Position numbers and translations under genes: made by a program
Shown here: in pieces, positions 35,860 to 48,999 of the stretch
Numbering within the stretch: the stretch's first letter is position 1
How the letters are laid out: every line of letters starts with the position of its first letter
DNA from: Octopus sinensis
Lineage: Eukaryota
Reading direction: 5' to 3'
NCBI RefSeq assembly: GCF_006345805.1
Contig: NC_043016.1
Coordinates: 18,972,001 to 19,036,000, forward strand
DNA: 64,000 bases
Notes under the pieces: model-generated
What the model was told of the DNA's origin: nothing
Seen by the model: the letters and a program-made list of their open reading frames with translations, nothing else
Database searches by the model: none

Positions 35860-38800
35860 ATTTGGAAAAATTTAGAATTTTACTCAATAACAGCAACAAA
35901 TAGTTTCGAGGGAGTTTCAGTCGTCGATGAGAGAAGGGGAGAGACAGAGGAGTGTTTTGCTACAAAAATGAGAGAGGGTGACAGTTCTTCGCCTGCTGGC
36001 GTGACTACTAGACAAGCAAGCAAGGAAAACAAGATGACCATCCCAATCACAATTACAAACAACAACACCATCGCCATCATCACCTCTGCCACTACCACTA
36101 CGAACAACAAACACAAACAACTGTAGTAGTAACAACAGCAAGGAGGCGCAATGGCCCAGTGGTTAGGGCAGCGAACTTGCGGTCGGAGGATCGCGGTTTT
36201 GATTCCCAGACCGGGCGTCGTGTGTGTTTATTGAACGAAAACACATAAAGCTCCACGAGGCTCCCGCAGGGGGTGGTGGCGACCCCCGTTGTACTCTTTC
36301 GCACCAACTTTCTCTCACTCTTTCTTCCTGTTTCCTGTCCCCGACTAAGCCTGGATGCGCATTCATCCATCCGTCGATGCTCTCGGTGTCGGGGGGTTGA
36401 CCTGCTTTCTTTTCTGCGGGTCTTCTCCCGAAGACCGCTTCGCTCAACAGCAACAGCAGTAGCAACAACAGCAACAGCAGTAGCAACAACAGCAACATCA
36501 GTAGCAACAACAGCAACAGCAGTAGCAGCAGCAGCAACAACAGCAACAGTAAAGTTTTGACGGGATAGTCAAGTAAGCAGTACAGCTATGATATTAATGA
36601 TTTCCCATCGTTAGCAAGTAGCTTGGCTACTTCAGTCAACGATATGAACACCACCAGAAACAATAGCGTCGCTTTGGCTCTGACTAACACCAACAACGAT
36701 AGGAACAACATCAGCAGCAAAACGATATAATCAACACCAATAATAACAACAATGATAAAAGCAACTCCTTCGTAGGAGTAGCAAAACTGCAGGAGCAAGT
36801 CTCCCTGAAAGGAAAACATGCGTACCTGAGTGAATTAGAAAAACCCTGCAAAGAGGGGATAGGAAAACAAAGCTTGCTATCCCTTCAGATTTGATGGAGA
36901 AGACGGCCAGAATGATCATCGTATACAGATGTGTGTCGCTAAAACGTTCAATGCGCCATACTTCCATGCGCCACACGAGGGAGACAATATGGCCTTGTAG
37001 AAGTGAGGTTCCTCACAGAAGCTCTGGCCTACAAACACTCAATGGTCCAGTGCAAACATGAGTATCTTTTTCTCCTTCCCACACACCTTGGACAGCGGGT
37101 GGTGAAAGTTAAAATATTAGATGTGCCACCAGAATTAGACATTTGGTGGTTGGTTGCATGTACTGTGGTCGAAGGCTCGGATTCGCTTTTAGAAATTAAA
37201 AAATATTGGAAGTAGAACTGGTCGGAATTGGTTTGGAGACTTTGATCCAGGTAAAACCGGAATCACTAAACAAGGTCCCCGACCTTATCGAGCTTCCCAA
37301 CGGAGCACAACTCCAAGTCGTGGTGGAAGGAAGGAAGCCAAGGTGTTACACTTGTAGGTCTAACGCCCATTGGAAGATCGGCTGCCCACAAAATCAACAA
37401 AATGGAACACGAGAAACGGTGGTTCTCCAACCACCACCTCCACTATCACCACAAGAAGGCCAAAATCTACAACAATCAATGCAGCTACAGCCATTAAAGC
37501 AACAGCAAAATCCCACCACCACAATAGTACCATAACTGTAGCGGCGGAAACAACCAACACCCGACCATCCCTACAGGCAGGCGACATAGATTCACTAAAT
37601 ACTCCCGAAACGGGCAATTCAGCAGTCTTATCATGCGACGAGGAGGAAATGAATCCTGCAAGAAGGATTTGTGTCGGGGAAAGCGAAAACATAGTTCCAA
37701 AAAAGGCCGTCCTAAGCTGAAAGTGAAAAGGAAAAGTCAGTAAATCCATCAGCTACACTAATAAGACCGACACACCCATCCAAATCACAACAACAAAAGC
37801 AATGCGTACTCATTCAACCACAACCACAACTACAAAAAGCACCAAAACAGAAACAAATACACGAAGAGAAACAACAATAATAAAAACAACCCAGACAACT
37901 GACTACAGAACCCGAACGCCACATCAACTTCACAGTCGTTCGCAAGAGCAACAACGAGCTCATGCACACACAAAAGGAGTGGGGTTCGACGAATTTCTGT
38001 CGAAACTCCCTATGACAGACAGCTGATAAAAACGGACACCACCTTACCTAGAACTTTTAAAAAAAATACCTAAAAACATTGGGCCTTTTAGGCTAAAGCC
38101 AAAAAGAGGACTTTAGGAAGGCCCTTCATTAATGATAATGCGTCAGACGAGGCAGCTGAATCAGCTGACCCTCTCAAAATCTAACGTAAGTGACCTTCTT
38201 CCATTTTGTTTCTCCGATAAACATAGTCGTTTTCAGAGTAGAATGTGTGAATATTCGTGACCTGGAGTCAGCTTGGAAGCAAGGTCACTGGTTAAACGAC
38301 CTCAGGTCGTTCGACTTAGATATGGCTGCAGTTATCGAGATAAGGATTTCTAATACGCAAGCATTAGCGCCCATTTTCGATGGCTATGAGATATTCTCAT
38401 CATGTGGTTTGTCGGGAGCGGGTGGAGGGGCAGCAGTGCTATTCCGAAAATCCTTAGATCTCAAAGTAAAATCAATCTTCTTGGACCCGTGTGGAAGGTT
38501 GGTGGTCCTAGATGCAGGTGGTAGCCAAGGTGGCGCCCTTAGAATGGTGGTCGTCTATACTCCAACAGGAGCTGGAAGGCCAGAATTCTTCAGGTTTCTA
38601 GAAACTTTCTTAGGAACGTCTCGCAGTTTAGTACAAATAGCGGACTGAAATGAGATTTTGGATGTACGGAAGGACTGTGTGGGGTTATTACACGGATGAA
38701 GGGGATGCAAAAACTTCGAAAACCTACTAAGAGACTTCCAATTGTCTGATAGGTGGTATTGACTGGACTTCCCTGATGTGCTAGTATGGACATGGAGCAA

Positions 38801-40855
38801 CCACAATGCGTCATCCATATCGTATCTAGATAGAGAATTTGTTAGGTCAGAGGATAGGGATAGAATAGGTTGTCCACAATTTAAATTATTCGGCTACACA
38901 GAACGCAAGTTTTTGATCTGTACAGTCGAGTTAGACAGGGACTCTGTTACTGAAAGTTAAACACGTCCTTTCCGACTCGCAAAGGCTAAAGGGACCGGAT
39001 TAGTGAACTAGTTAAACGTCAGTTGACGGGGGCAATCGTCAACAACCGGTGGTGGGACGCCCTGTAGTGGGTGATTAGAGTAGAGACGATAGCGTTTAGC
39101 AAAGAGCAATAGAAAAGAATAGATTAGAGGCGACCGATGTGTTAACGGCGAGAATAATCCTTGATAATTTCTTCGAAGCGAAACACGAAGGTAGCTTTGT
39201 TAGAGCTAAGGCCCGTGCGCTCAACCAGAAAGGAACTAAAGCTTCCCAATGAGATCGAACGCTAGGGACGCGACGTGGAAACAAAACCACGATCAGGGTT
39301 TTGAAGGATTGGGATGGGCGCGTGTTATGCGACTCCGAGCAGATGTGTGCGGCTTTTCAGCAGCAGTTTGTGCGAAACTTCGACGACGGAACCGGACTTC
39401 AGTTCGTACCTGGACGGTTTCACGCGGCTCTCAGCAGCTAATGCGAGGTTATGTGAAAGGCCTATAACAACCGCTGAAAATCGGGAGGCGATGAGCGATT
39501 GCACAAGTTGCAGATCTTCCGGTTTGTATGGTCTGCCCTACGAATTCTATGTATTCATGCCAGATTTGTTTGTTGACCACTTGGCAGACATCTACTGCAG
39601 CTGCCAACAGAATGGGAGAGTTCCTAGTGCTGTTAGCAGAGGTGTTGTGACTCTGCTGAGAAAGGACGCCGACAATGGGGACGTACTAGAGAATTTTCGT
39701 CCCATAACTCTGCTAAACACAGAGTTTAAGATTTTGGCCAAGGTGTTAGCGAGAAGGTTGGCGCTTGTCGTCGATAGCCGGGTCGGACAGGCGCAAACGA
39801 GCGCAATCCAGATCAGGTCTATCCACGACAACCTCCACTTAATGGGAAACCACAGTTGGCTTCGTGGGTTTTCTGATCACTTTCGATCAATCAAAAACAT
39901 TCGATAGGGACGGCCATCGCTACATGGAAGCCGTCCTTAAAGCAGGTGCTTTCGGAACCGTTTTCAGAGGCTGGATCGCTGTAATACACAGTGGTACCTG
40001 TTCAGTGGTCAAAGTAAACGGCCACCTATCGGAGCCATTTGGCATCGCACGCTCGGTCCGTCATGGCTGCCCACCGTTGCCTCTTCTATACGTGTTGGGA
40101 CTCGAGCCACTGTTGCGGAAATTGAAACAGTTAAGGGGCATCCCTTTCGTACTGGGACAAGGAAGGGCAGTGTCAGCATACGCGAATGACGTTACCGTCG
40201 TGGTGTCGGATGCCTCCGAAGTGGTGATGGTCGGTACCATCCTAAAGGAATATGAGTCGATTGCAGGGGCTAAAATCAACGCCGACAAATCGATTGGTTT
40301 GCGGTTGGGCTCCTAGAGAAGCAGGTCGATGCCATTGGACGGCGTTGTCGGACGCTGGACCGACGGCCCAGTTAAGTGGCGAGGTCTGGTTTGGTTCCGA
40401 CCTCTAGGTTGATAAGAAGTGAGACAAAGTGGCGAACAGTGTGGCTAGTCATACTCAGAAATGGGCTGAAAGAAAGCTGTCCCTGAAAGGTCGGGCAGAG
40501 GTGGAAAATGTCTACATCGCCTCCGTTATCATTTATCACCTGACAGTCATGCCTTTTCCCGGCTATTGCTAGACCAGGTTGGAGAGTCTCATATAAATTC
40601 TTGTGGAAGGAACGCATTCCAATGGATGGTGGTCTGTCTGTTGCCAGCGGATTTGGTATGCCGTGGCTCCTAATGCACAGACATGCGCTTAGGTTACGAC
40701 ACCTGCAACGATTTCTGTGAGTTCCGTTTGTGAGGCTCGTCTCTTTGACGGGGCTGCAGACGTGGGTGAATAAAAGACAAAGACTGGGCGCCTGGCACTT
40801 ACAATTTCGTCAGACGCTCACAACCTTCTACCAGTCGGGCAATGAGATCGATGGA
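35860..40855 (+). mobile_element. Tx1/L1-like LINE relic (ORF1 with CCHC knuckle; ORF2 APE + RT)
   Basis: VVVEGRKPRCYTCRSNAHWKIGCP; APE GGGAAVLFRKS..GRLVVLD..VVVYTP; RT GLPYEFY..FRPITLLNTEFKILAKVLARRL..DQSKTFDR..SVRHGCPPLPLLYVLGLEPL..AYAND. A probable displaced 3' end lies at ~41070-41400. Confidence 0.88.
36142..36445 (+). mobile_element. tRNA-derived SINE (family D) inserted in Tx1 ORF1, with CAA/CAG tail
   Basis: A box TGGCCCAGTGGTTA (36152-36165), B box-like GGTTTTGATTCCC (36195-36207), followed by (CAACAG)n. Confidence 0.8.
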
Positions 40856-40857
40856 TA

Positions 40858-40965
40858 TTCCACTTTCGGGTTCGATTAATTAAGTACCAATGAAACACTG
40901 GGGTCGATGTAATCGACTAATACCACGCAAAAATTTCTGTCCTTGTGCTTATAGTAGAAAGGATT
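40858..40965 (+). mobile_element. SINE family B, 3' part
   Basis: TTTCGGG..TAAGTACCA..ACTGGGGTCGATGTAATCGAC..ATAGTAGAAAGGAT. Confidence 0.7.
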
Positions 40966-40988
40966 ATTATTATTGTTATCATTGTTAA

Positions 40989-41043
<55 letters not shown>

Positions 41044-41421
41044 GCTGTTGTTGTTGTTGTTGTTGTTGTTACCTTTCTAAGTGTAGACCTGTGTAGACGG
41101 AGAGCAGGAACTGGAGAGGGCACTTGCCTTAAGGCTTTTGAGTTAAATCTAGGACAGTGAGGTTACTCTATTAACCCTAGAGGTCATCCTGTATCGGGAG
41201 CACCACGTCTATATCAGCTTACCCTTCTTTTTTTTACATTTGTATGCTATGCATATGTCCCTTCTTTTCCAGTGTTTACCGTGTATACTTTATTTTTATA
41301 TATTTTATTTTATCATTTCATTATTATATGTAAACTCCCACACTTTTGTCTATCGCTGTATTTTCCTCCTCATTTTCCGACCATGTGGCAAATAAGCGAA
41401 ATCATTATATTATTATTGTTA

Positions 41422-41467
<46 letters not shown>

Positions 41468-41469
<2 letters not shown>

Positions 41470-41735
41470 TTTTTTTTTTCTTCTTTCAAATTGCTTCCAT
41501 TCTTGCCGAGTGTCTCCCGACTCCTAGGGCAAAGAACTCATAGGTATATTGGTAGGCCATTAAACCAAACTCAGTAGTTCGTTCATTTTTTTTTTTTTTT
41601 AAGTTAAATTAAAATACATGAGCGCAACAGTTCTCACATCGACAATGCTCTTCTCAATACGTGTGATGTACCAGTTAAGACAATCTTTTGCACTTCTTGC
41701 AGGGATGGTAAGCCAGGGATCATTCTCATATAATT
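41468..41735 (-). mobile_element. Dong/R4-like LINE 3' end (same family as 56805-57432)
   Basis: MRMIPGLPSLQEVQKIVLTGTSHVLRRALSM plus a shared 3' UTR. Confidence 0.7.
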
Positions 41736-41745
41736 TTTATTATTA

Positions 41746-41794
<49 letters not shown>

Positions 41795-41819
41795 ATATGT
41801 TTGATTTTGCTTAGTATTC

Positions 41820-42057
41820 CAAGTTGATTCCAAGTCTCACCCAGAGACCTCAAAAGACAACAAAATAGAATTTCAAGTTGGTATTAAGCCTTCGGTGTCA
41901 TGCCTAGGGTGTTTTGCACATAGTATTGTTCCAGAGAACGTTTTAGAAGGCAAAAGAAAATTATAAGTTTGTTTTAAAATTTGAGATTACACAAACAGTA
42001 TTTACATAAGATATGGGCAGTTATTATTATTTTAATTATTATTAATTATTATTATTA

Positions 42058-42088
<31 letters not shown>

Positions 42089-42089
42089 G

Positions 42090-42120
<31 letters not shown>

Positions 42121-42138
42121 ATTATTATTATATTATTA

Positions 42139-42177
<39 letters not shown>

Positions 42178-43310
42178 TATTATTATTATTATAAATCTGT
42201 GTTTGACTTTTGCTTTACATTTGCACAAGCTGGCTCCACGTCCCACCCAGAGACCTCAAGAGACAACAATTTGGAAGTTCATGCTGGGTTATGCCTAGGG
42301 TGCCATCATATATTTGGTTTTTGTACTTAGTGTTGTACTAGTGAATGTATAAAAAACCATACGAAAATTATGTTTGTTTTAAAACTTAAGATTACATAGA
42401 AAGTATTTTGCATAGGATATGAGCAGTTCCCATGAGCACTATCTTTTGAATTTCTGCCATTTGGGGTTTCCTATTATCTGAGCCAGATAGAATTCAGCCC
42501 CTTTTGCTACCATTCCTAGGGTACCTATGACAACAGGTATTGTTTTAGTCTTCAGGTTCCACATTTTGCTGATTTCTATTTCAAGATCTTTATATTTGCT
42601 CAGTTATTGGTAGGTCTTGACAGACACATTTATATCGATTGGGACAGTCATATCAGTGAGGCGGCATGTTTTTTGTCTGAAGTCTTTTAATATAATGCCT
42701 GGCCTATTTGCATCTAGCTTTCTGTCAGAGGAGTGAGATGTGGTTATTTTCATGCACTGGATGTGGTTTGCGTTCCCACCAGTTTTTATCATGGGACAGA
42801 TCCAGTTTTTTTGCAAATTACCCAGTGAATATATTGTGCTACTCTATCAGCCCGTTGAGATACTCTGTAGGCGCAAGAAGAGTGTACATGGAGACAACGT
42901 TCGTTAATATGTTGGCCTGATAGCTCCTTGTAGGTAAGCATTGATCTTGGGTTGCTATGATAAACCCTTCTGTTTCTGATTTTAAGCCACAAAACACTAA
43001 CCATTAATCGGTAAGGGCTTTGTCAACATAGGCATTATTAGATATCTTTGGGTATTTGCCACTAAGAGGTTTTTCTTGACATTTATCAGCAAGAATATCT
43101 AAGGCAGCAGTTTTAGCACAGGTTTTCATGCTCTTAGCTTTTTCTGTGCTTGTTTCTAGAACGTCTAATTCTGGGATTTGTTGTATTTGGAATTCACTTA
43201 GATATTCTTTTGCGTTTTGTTACTGAGTATGATGCTTTCTTGTTCTCATGCTTCAAGACATGTTTTAACATCCAGACATCAGTGTCTTTCGGGTAGGTTC
43301 TTAGACCTTA
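41820..43310 (-). mobile_element. Two tandem 5'-truncated Dong/R4-like LINE 3' ends (41820-42021 and 42221-43310) separated by (TAA)n
   Basis: Shared CACCCAGAGACCTCAA 3' UTR; NRPGIILKDFRQKTCRLTDMTVPIDINVSVKTYQ; VSQRADRVAQYIHWVICK. Confidence 0.8.
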
Positions 43311-43501
43311 TCATCATCATCATCATCATCATCATCATCGTCATCGTCGTCATCGTCGTCGTCGTCATCGTCATCGTCGTCGTCGTCGTCGTCGTCATCG
43401 TCATCGTCGTCATCATCGTCGTCGTCGTCGTCGTCGTCATCGTCGTCGTTGTTGTTGTTGTTGTTATGATTTTTATTGTTGTTATTATTATTGTTGTTAT
43501 T

Positions 43502-43546
<45 letters not shown>

Positions 43547-43642
43547 GTCCGTCGTCGTCGTCATCGTCATCGTCGTCATCGTCGTCGTCGTCGTCGACGT
43601 CGTTTTTGTTGTTGTTGTTGTTATTATTATTATTATTATTAC

Positions 43643-43696
<54 letters not shown>

Positions 43697-43708
43697 TATT
43701 ATTATTAC

Positions 43709-43745
<37 letters not shown>

Positions 43746-43794
43746 TATTATTATTATTACTATTATAATATTTATTATTATTATTATTATATTA

Positions 43795-43825
<31 letters not shown>

Positions 43826-44035
43826 GTTATTATTGGTATTATTGTTATTGTTTTGTTGTTGTTGTTGTTATTATTATTAATATTATTATTGTTATTGTTT
43901 ATTGTTATTATTATTATTATCATTTATTAATTATTATCATCATCATCATCATCATCATTATATTAATAATAATAATATTATTATATTATTATTATTATTA
44001 TTATTATATTATTACTACCATTATTATTATTATTA

Positions 44036-44070
<35 letters not shown>

Positions 44071-44100
44071 GATTATTATTATTATTATTATTACTACTAT
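43311..44100. repeat. Large compound trinucleotide array (TCA/TCG/TTG/TTA)
   Basis: Direct reading. Confidence 0.95.
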
Positions 44101-44102
44101 CA

Positions 44103-45094
44103 TTCAATAGTCTTATTTTTATAACGTGCTTTCACTTCTCTACTGAGCGCAGCTCTGTGTGCCATGGGTATGAGCTGAAGTTTGATGTGATGCTCTTAGA
44201 TTTACTGTATTGAAAGTGTTTTACCTAAGATGTGTGCGGTGCCTAGTAGTGCTATTTTCTGTATTTTATATATATTTCTTAGTCTTGGTGTTTTTGTTAT
44301 GTATTTGTCTGCATATTCTTTTATCATATCTAATTCATAGGAATTGTTTCTCTTTTTAGATTCCACATTCGAGTTATATCTTTTTCCAGGTCTTTGTATT
44401 TTGAAAGTTTTTCCATTTCTTTTAGAGAAACTTTGTAATCCGCTGATGATACATTTTTAATTAATTAGAAAGCATGTTTTCTTCATGATCTCTGACAACT
44501 ATATCTGGCCTAATGGCCTTAATTTCTCTACCTGTGTGTATTGGCATATCCCAAAGTACGGTTGCTTTCTCGTTTTTTGTGACCTTTTCTGGCATGTGCC
44601 TATACCATCTTTTTCTGTTGTTATTCCATAATGTTGGCATAACTTCCAGTGTATGTAATTCCCAACTCTGTCGTGTCTGTGAATATATTCTTTCTTAGCT
44701 AGGACTTTCTTCTTAGCTATATTCTTTCTTAGCTAGACAATAAGATTTATTGGGGTTTTTTTGTCAATCTCCTCATATTCAGTATTTACTTGTTATGTTT
44801 TTTTTTCATTATATGTTTTTAGTAATTTTGTGCTGCTGTTAAAAACCATTCAGTCCTGAGCTTCTCAGCCAATATTGGGGTTTTGCTTTGTCTATTTCTT
44901 TTCTATTTAGCATAACCCAACATTTCCCATGAAGAGGCATTTCTTGCCATCGTTTCATCATAATCAGTTGCAGTTCCAGGTTTAGCTTGGATTTCAGTTG
45001 CTTTACAGCTTTTGTTTCTCTTCTTCTTCTTCTTCTTCTTCTTCTTCTTCTTCTTCTTCTTCTCTTCTTCTTCTCTTCTTCTTACATCTTCCTT

Positions 45095-45095
<1 letters not shown>
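44103..45095 (-). mobile_element. 5'-truncated copy of the Dong/R4-like family of 30579-34540
   Basis: Aligns with 30579-31530; ends in an expanded (CTT)n that is short in the full-length copy. Confidence 0.85.
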
Positions 45096-45162
<67 letters not shown>

Positions 45163-48100
45163 GCCTTTCCACAACTTCTACCGTGTCAGCTGTTCACTGC
45201 CAGTGAACTAAAGTAATGCCTCTTATTTTTCGAGCACTTCCAGAAGTAATCAAGCGGTTCCAAGCAGTGCTGTTTTCTTCATGTACTCCACACTTATTGC
45301 AGCCCCTATCTGTTCCATGTACTTCTCAAGATTTATACTCTCTGTTTCCAGGGCTCCGACAATTATTGGTACCACTACCGCCTTTTTCATCGACCACAAC
45401 TCCTTAACCCCACAAACTATCCAGTCATATCTATCGACTTTTCTTTCTTCCTTATCGCATACCTTGTTGTCTGCTGGGCATGCTATAACCAGCATAGTTT
45501 ACTTTTTTCTCAATTAAGACTGTTTGGTTTCCTATTTTCTATCTCATAGTCGCACTGAATCCTAAAATTCCACAGGATCTTTGCATTATCATTTTCCATG
45601 ATGCCTTCGGGTTTATGGTCGTACCAATTTTTTGCTCTGTCAAGTCCATACTTGTTGCAAAGTGACCAAAGGACAAGCCTTGCTATATTGTCGTGGCGTT
45701 TCTTCTATTCCTTCTGGGCTAGTGGCGTACATTGACTGGTAATATGCCATACGGTTTCACCATTTTGTCCACAAATTCTGTACTTCTCACTTTCCGAGTG
45801 TTGTCTATTTGTATTTTATGTAATTTGTCCTTAGTGCTTACTCATGGGCAACACAGCTTAGAGCCTCCATTTCTGCTTTTAAATCCCTTTTAGTCATCCA
45901 TAGCCATATTTTTTCTCTGTCTGTCTGTCTTATCTTAAACATCCTATGAAATTGCCCAGGCATTCTTGTCTTTACACAACTATTTTCAGTTTCATTCGTT
46001 TTCAATTACTTGTACAGTATTTTATCTTTGCAACCTTTTATCCTACACAAGCCTGACCTTCTTACTTCTAATAATAACGATTCTGTGGCATTTTTTACAT
46101 ACCATGCTATGTTGTTTTCTTCTGATCTAATGTTGTGTTCGCATCCAATCTGTCCGTTTTCCTCTTCCTCTCTTTTCTTAGTACATACACTCTGTCCCTT
46201 TTTGGGTGGAGTGTCCCATATCTAGTTAGCAGCTTCCTTGTCTTTCTTTCTGAGATATTTAGTTCGTCTACTGTCCATGCGATTACCCCAGCTCCATATG
46301 TAAGGAGGTAAACCACCCAGGTGTTGATAGCGTCCGTTTAATTTTGACTTAAGGATCAGTCTCAGTCTGCGCAAGTACTCCACCTTAAATTTTCCTGTCA
46401 TTTCTGTCTCCATCGATTTATCCATTTCCAAAATCCCCAAGTACTTATAGCCCGTGTCTTCTATTTTCTTCATAACCTCCCCCGACGGTTTCGTTAGCCC
46501 GTCCATACATTTGATTTTGCCTCTCTTTCAGACTAACACATCACACTTTCTCAGTCCGAACTCCATTCTGATATCAGCACTGAAACTATACACCGTATCA
46601 ACGAGGGAACTGACTTGGGCTTCATCCTTACCACAAGTTTGAGGTCATCCATGAATAACAAATGGTTGTCTTTTTGTTGGTGGCTTTTGAATGCATACTC
46701 AGCTTTTGCTTTCCTCAGAATCAATGCAAAGATCAGTGGGGACAGGCAGTCCCCTTGGCAGATGCCCCTCCTGATTTCTACTGTTCCTAAACTTCTTCGT
46801 ATGTTGTCAGGTCCGTCCTCCAATTCGCCATACTTTTTCCAAGCAATCGCTCAACATTCGATGCAATACCAAATAAGTTCATACATTCCATAATCCAAGA
46901 ATGTGTTATCATATCGTACGTCTTACGATAGCCGATCCATGACATGGATCGACTATCTGTATCGACATGGATAAGTTACTTTTCTTTCTCTTGCAGCCTC
47001 TAAGTATAGTTTTGTCTACGTTTGCAACCCTTGTGCTCATGTGGCAGGACTCCGTTTTTTACCAGATGTTCGTACATTGACTCTGCGAGTATTCCAGTCA
47101 ATAATTTCTACATAAGTGGCAAACAGGATATCGGCCTGTAATTGTCTACCGTATTGCCTTTTTCGATGTTTTTCACGCACAGCACTGTCTTACACAATGT
47201 CAACCACCTTGGTGTTACTTGGTCGGCATTTAACAATCCTTTGACTTCCATTGTTATCTGGTATCAACTTGTCATCTGTACACCCTCCATTTATTTCTTT
47301 ATAGAAATTCTTCTGATCTCCTCTGAATAACCTATTCTGCTGGTAACCCATCATTTTTTGGTCGTATCTTATCATAGTTGCTTTCTTTGCAACGAGGCGC
47401 TGTTTCATTTCCCCAATTACCACTTTCAGGCTCATTCTTTCAATAATATACTTCCTTCTCAGCGTCTTGTATTTTTGTTCTCTTTTAAGCTCCCTCTTGT
47501 CTTTTCGGTCTAACACAGAAATGCCCTGCGAGAGCATATCTAACCCTGCCTGTATTCTTCTTTTCCACCATGGATCTTTTCTTTTGTCACTCCCATTATA
47601 TTTCTTTTTCTTGACATTAACACCCACGTTTTCTGCTACAACAATGTGTGCTGCCTTAATCAAATTATTTGTTTCTGTGATGTCGTTTGTTCTGATGTAT
47701 TTCAGAATTTCATTGACATTTTTCATTTCTTAATTCAAATTCCCCTGATAAGCCTTTTTCAGGTTTCAAAAAATGTCACTATCGTTCTCCTGTAGTCTTG
47801 CTTATTCTGTCGTAGATTGCCTATTATTCATGTGTCTTGTCACCATTACCTTTGTTGTCTTCTTTCAGATCATCTATATGTCTCTCATCAAGTAAGCAAC
47901 CACTGCTCCTTTCCTGTGCTATGAGATTACTTTTATTATTAAGAACTTTATTTTCATCGTTATCCCTGTTGCTATTTTCCAATACCCGTCTATTAGCTCT
48001 ACTTCTGGTAGCTCTACTTCCAGCTCTACTTCTGGGAATCGATGTTTCCAAAGAATTCCTCTCAACACATGGGTATGATGCTCCCCCACTACTTTTACTC

Positions 48101-48227
48101 ATGATCAGAGATGCACATATCGACAAACACTGAGTAACATGCTCAACTGATTATGGTCAAACAACCGACAAGCAAATTTGGCGTTGAGCAGAATATTTTC
48201 TGTAGCCCATCTTGTATACCAAGACAA

Positions 48228-48228
<1 letters not shown>
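45163..48228 (-). mobile_element. Dong/R4-like LINE, degenerate; 5' end shared with the 550-bp family
   Basis: KDPWWKRRIQ; YQQNRLFRGDQKNFY; VEIRRGICQGDCLSPLIFAL; HLLFMDDLKL; VVVPIIVGALET..KKTALLGTA. Confidence 0.85.
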
Positions 48229-48286
<58 letters not shown>

Positions 48287-48289
48287 CAT

Positions 48290-48381
<92 letters not shown>

Positions 48382-48382
48382 T

Positions 48383-48414
<32 letters not shown>

Positions 48415-48464
48415 GCAGAGATACCCGGCCTTGCTCAGGATTAAAATGGCATAGTTTTTTAATG

Positions 48465-48848
48465 TTTTAGTCGTTTCAGTCATGTGACTGCGGCCATGCT
48501 AGGGCACCGCCTTTGGTCGGACAAATCGACCACAGGTTTTATTCCTTGTAAGCCTAGTATTTATTCAATCAGTACTTATTCTATCTTTTGCCGAACCTCT
48601 AAGCTATGGGAAAGTAAACACAGCAGCATCAATTGCCAAGCAATGGTGGGAGTACAAACTCTCACACACACACACACACACACAAATATACCTATATATA
48701 AGACAGTTTTCAGAACAGACTCCTTTCAGTTTCCGTCAACCAAATCTACTGACATGGCTTTGGTCAGCACAAGTCTATAGTAGATGACACTTGCCAAGGG
48801 ACGGAATGATGTAGTTGGCAAGCAAGCTTCTTAGCACACAGCCATGCC
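48465..48848 (-). mobile_element. SINE family C
   Basis: Similar to 63682-63993 and 22429-22800; internal CA tract. Confidence 0.75.
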
Positions 48849-48873
48849 AGCGCTTACATGTATGTATTATGTA

Positions 48874-48938
<65 letters not shown>

Positions 48939-48999
48939 TATATATATGCGTGTGTGTGCGTGTGTATGTATATAATTAAGAGAAAAACCTCTAGGTAAT

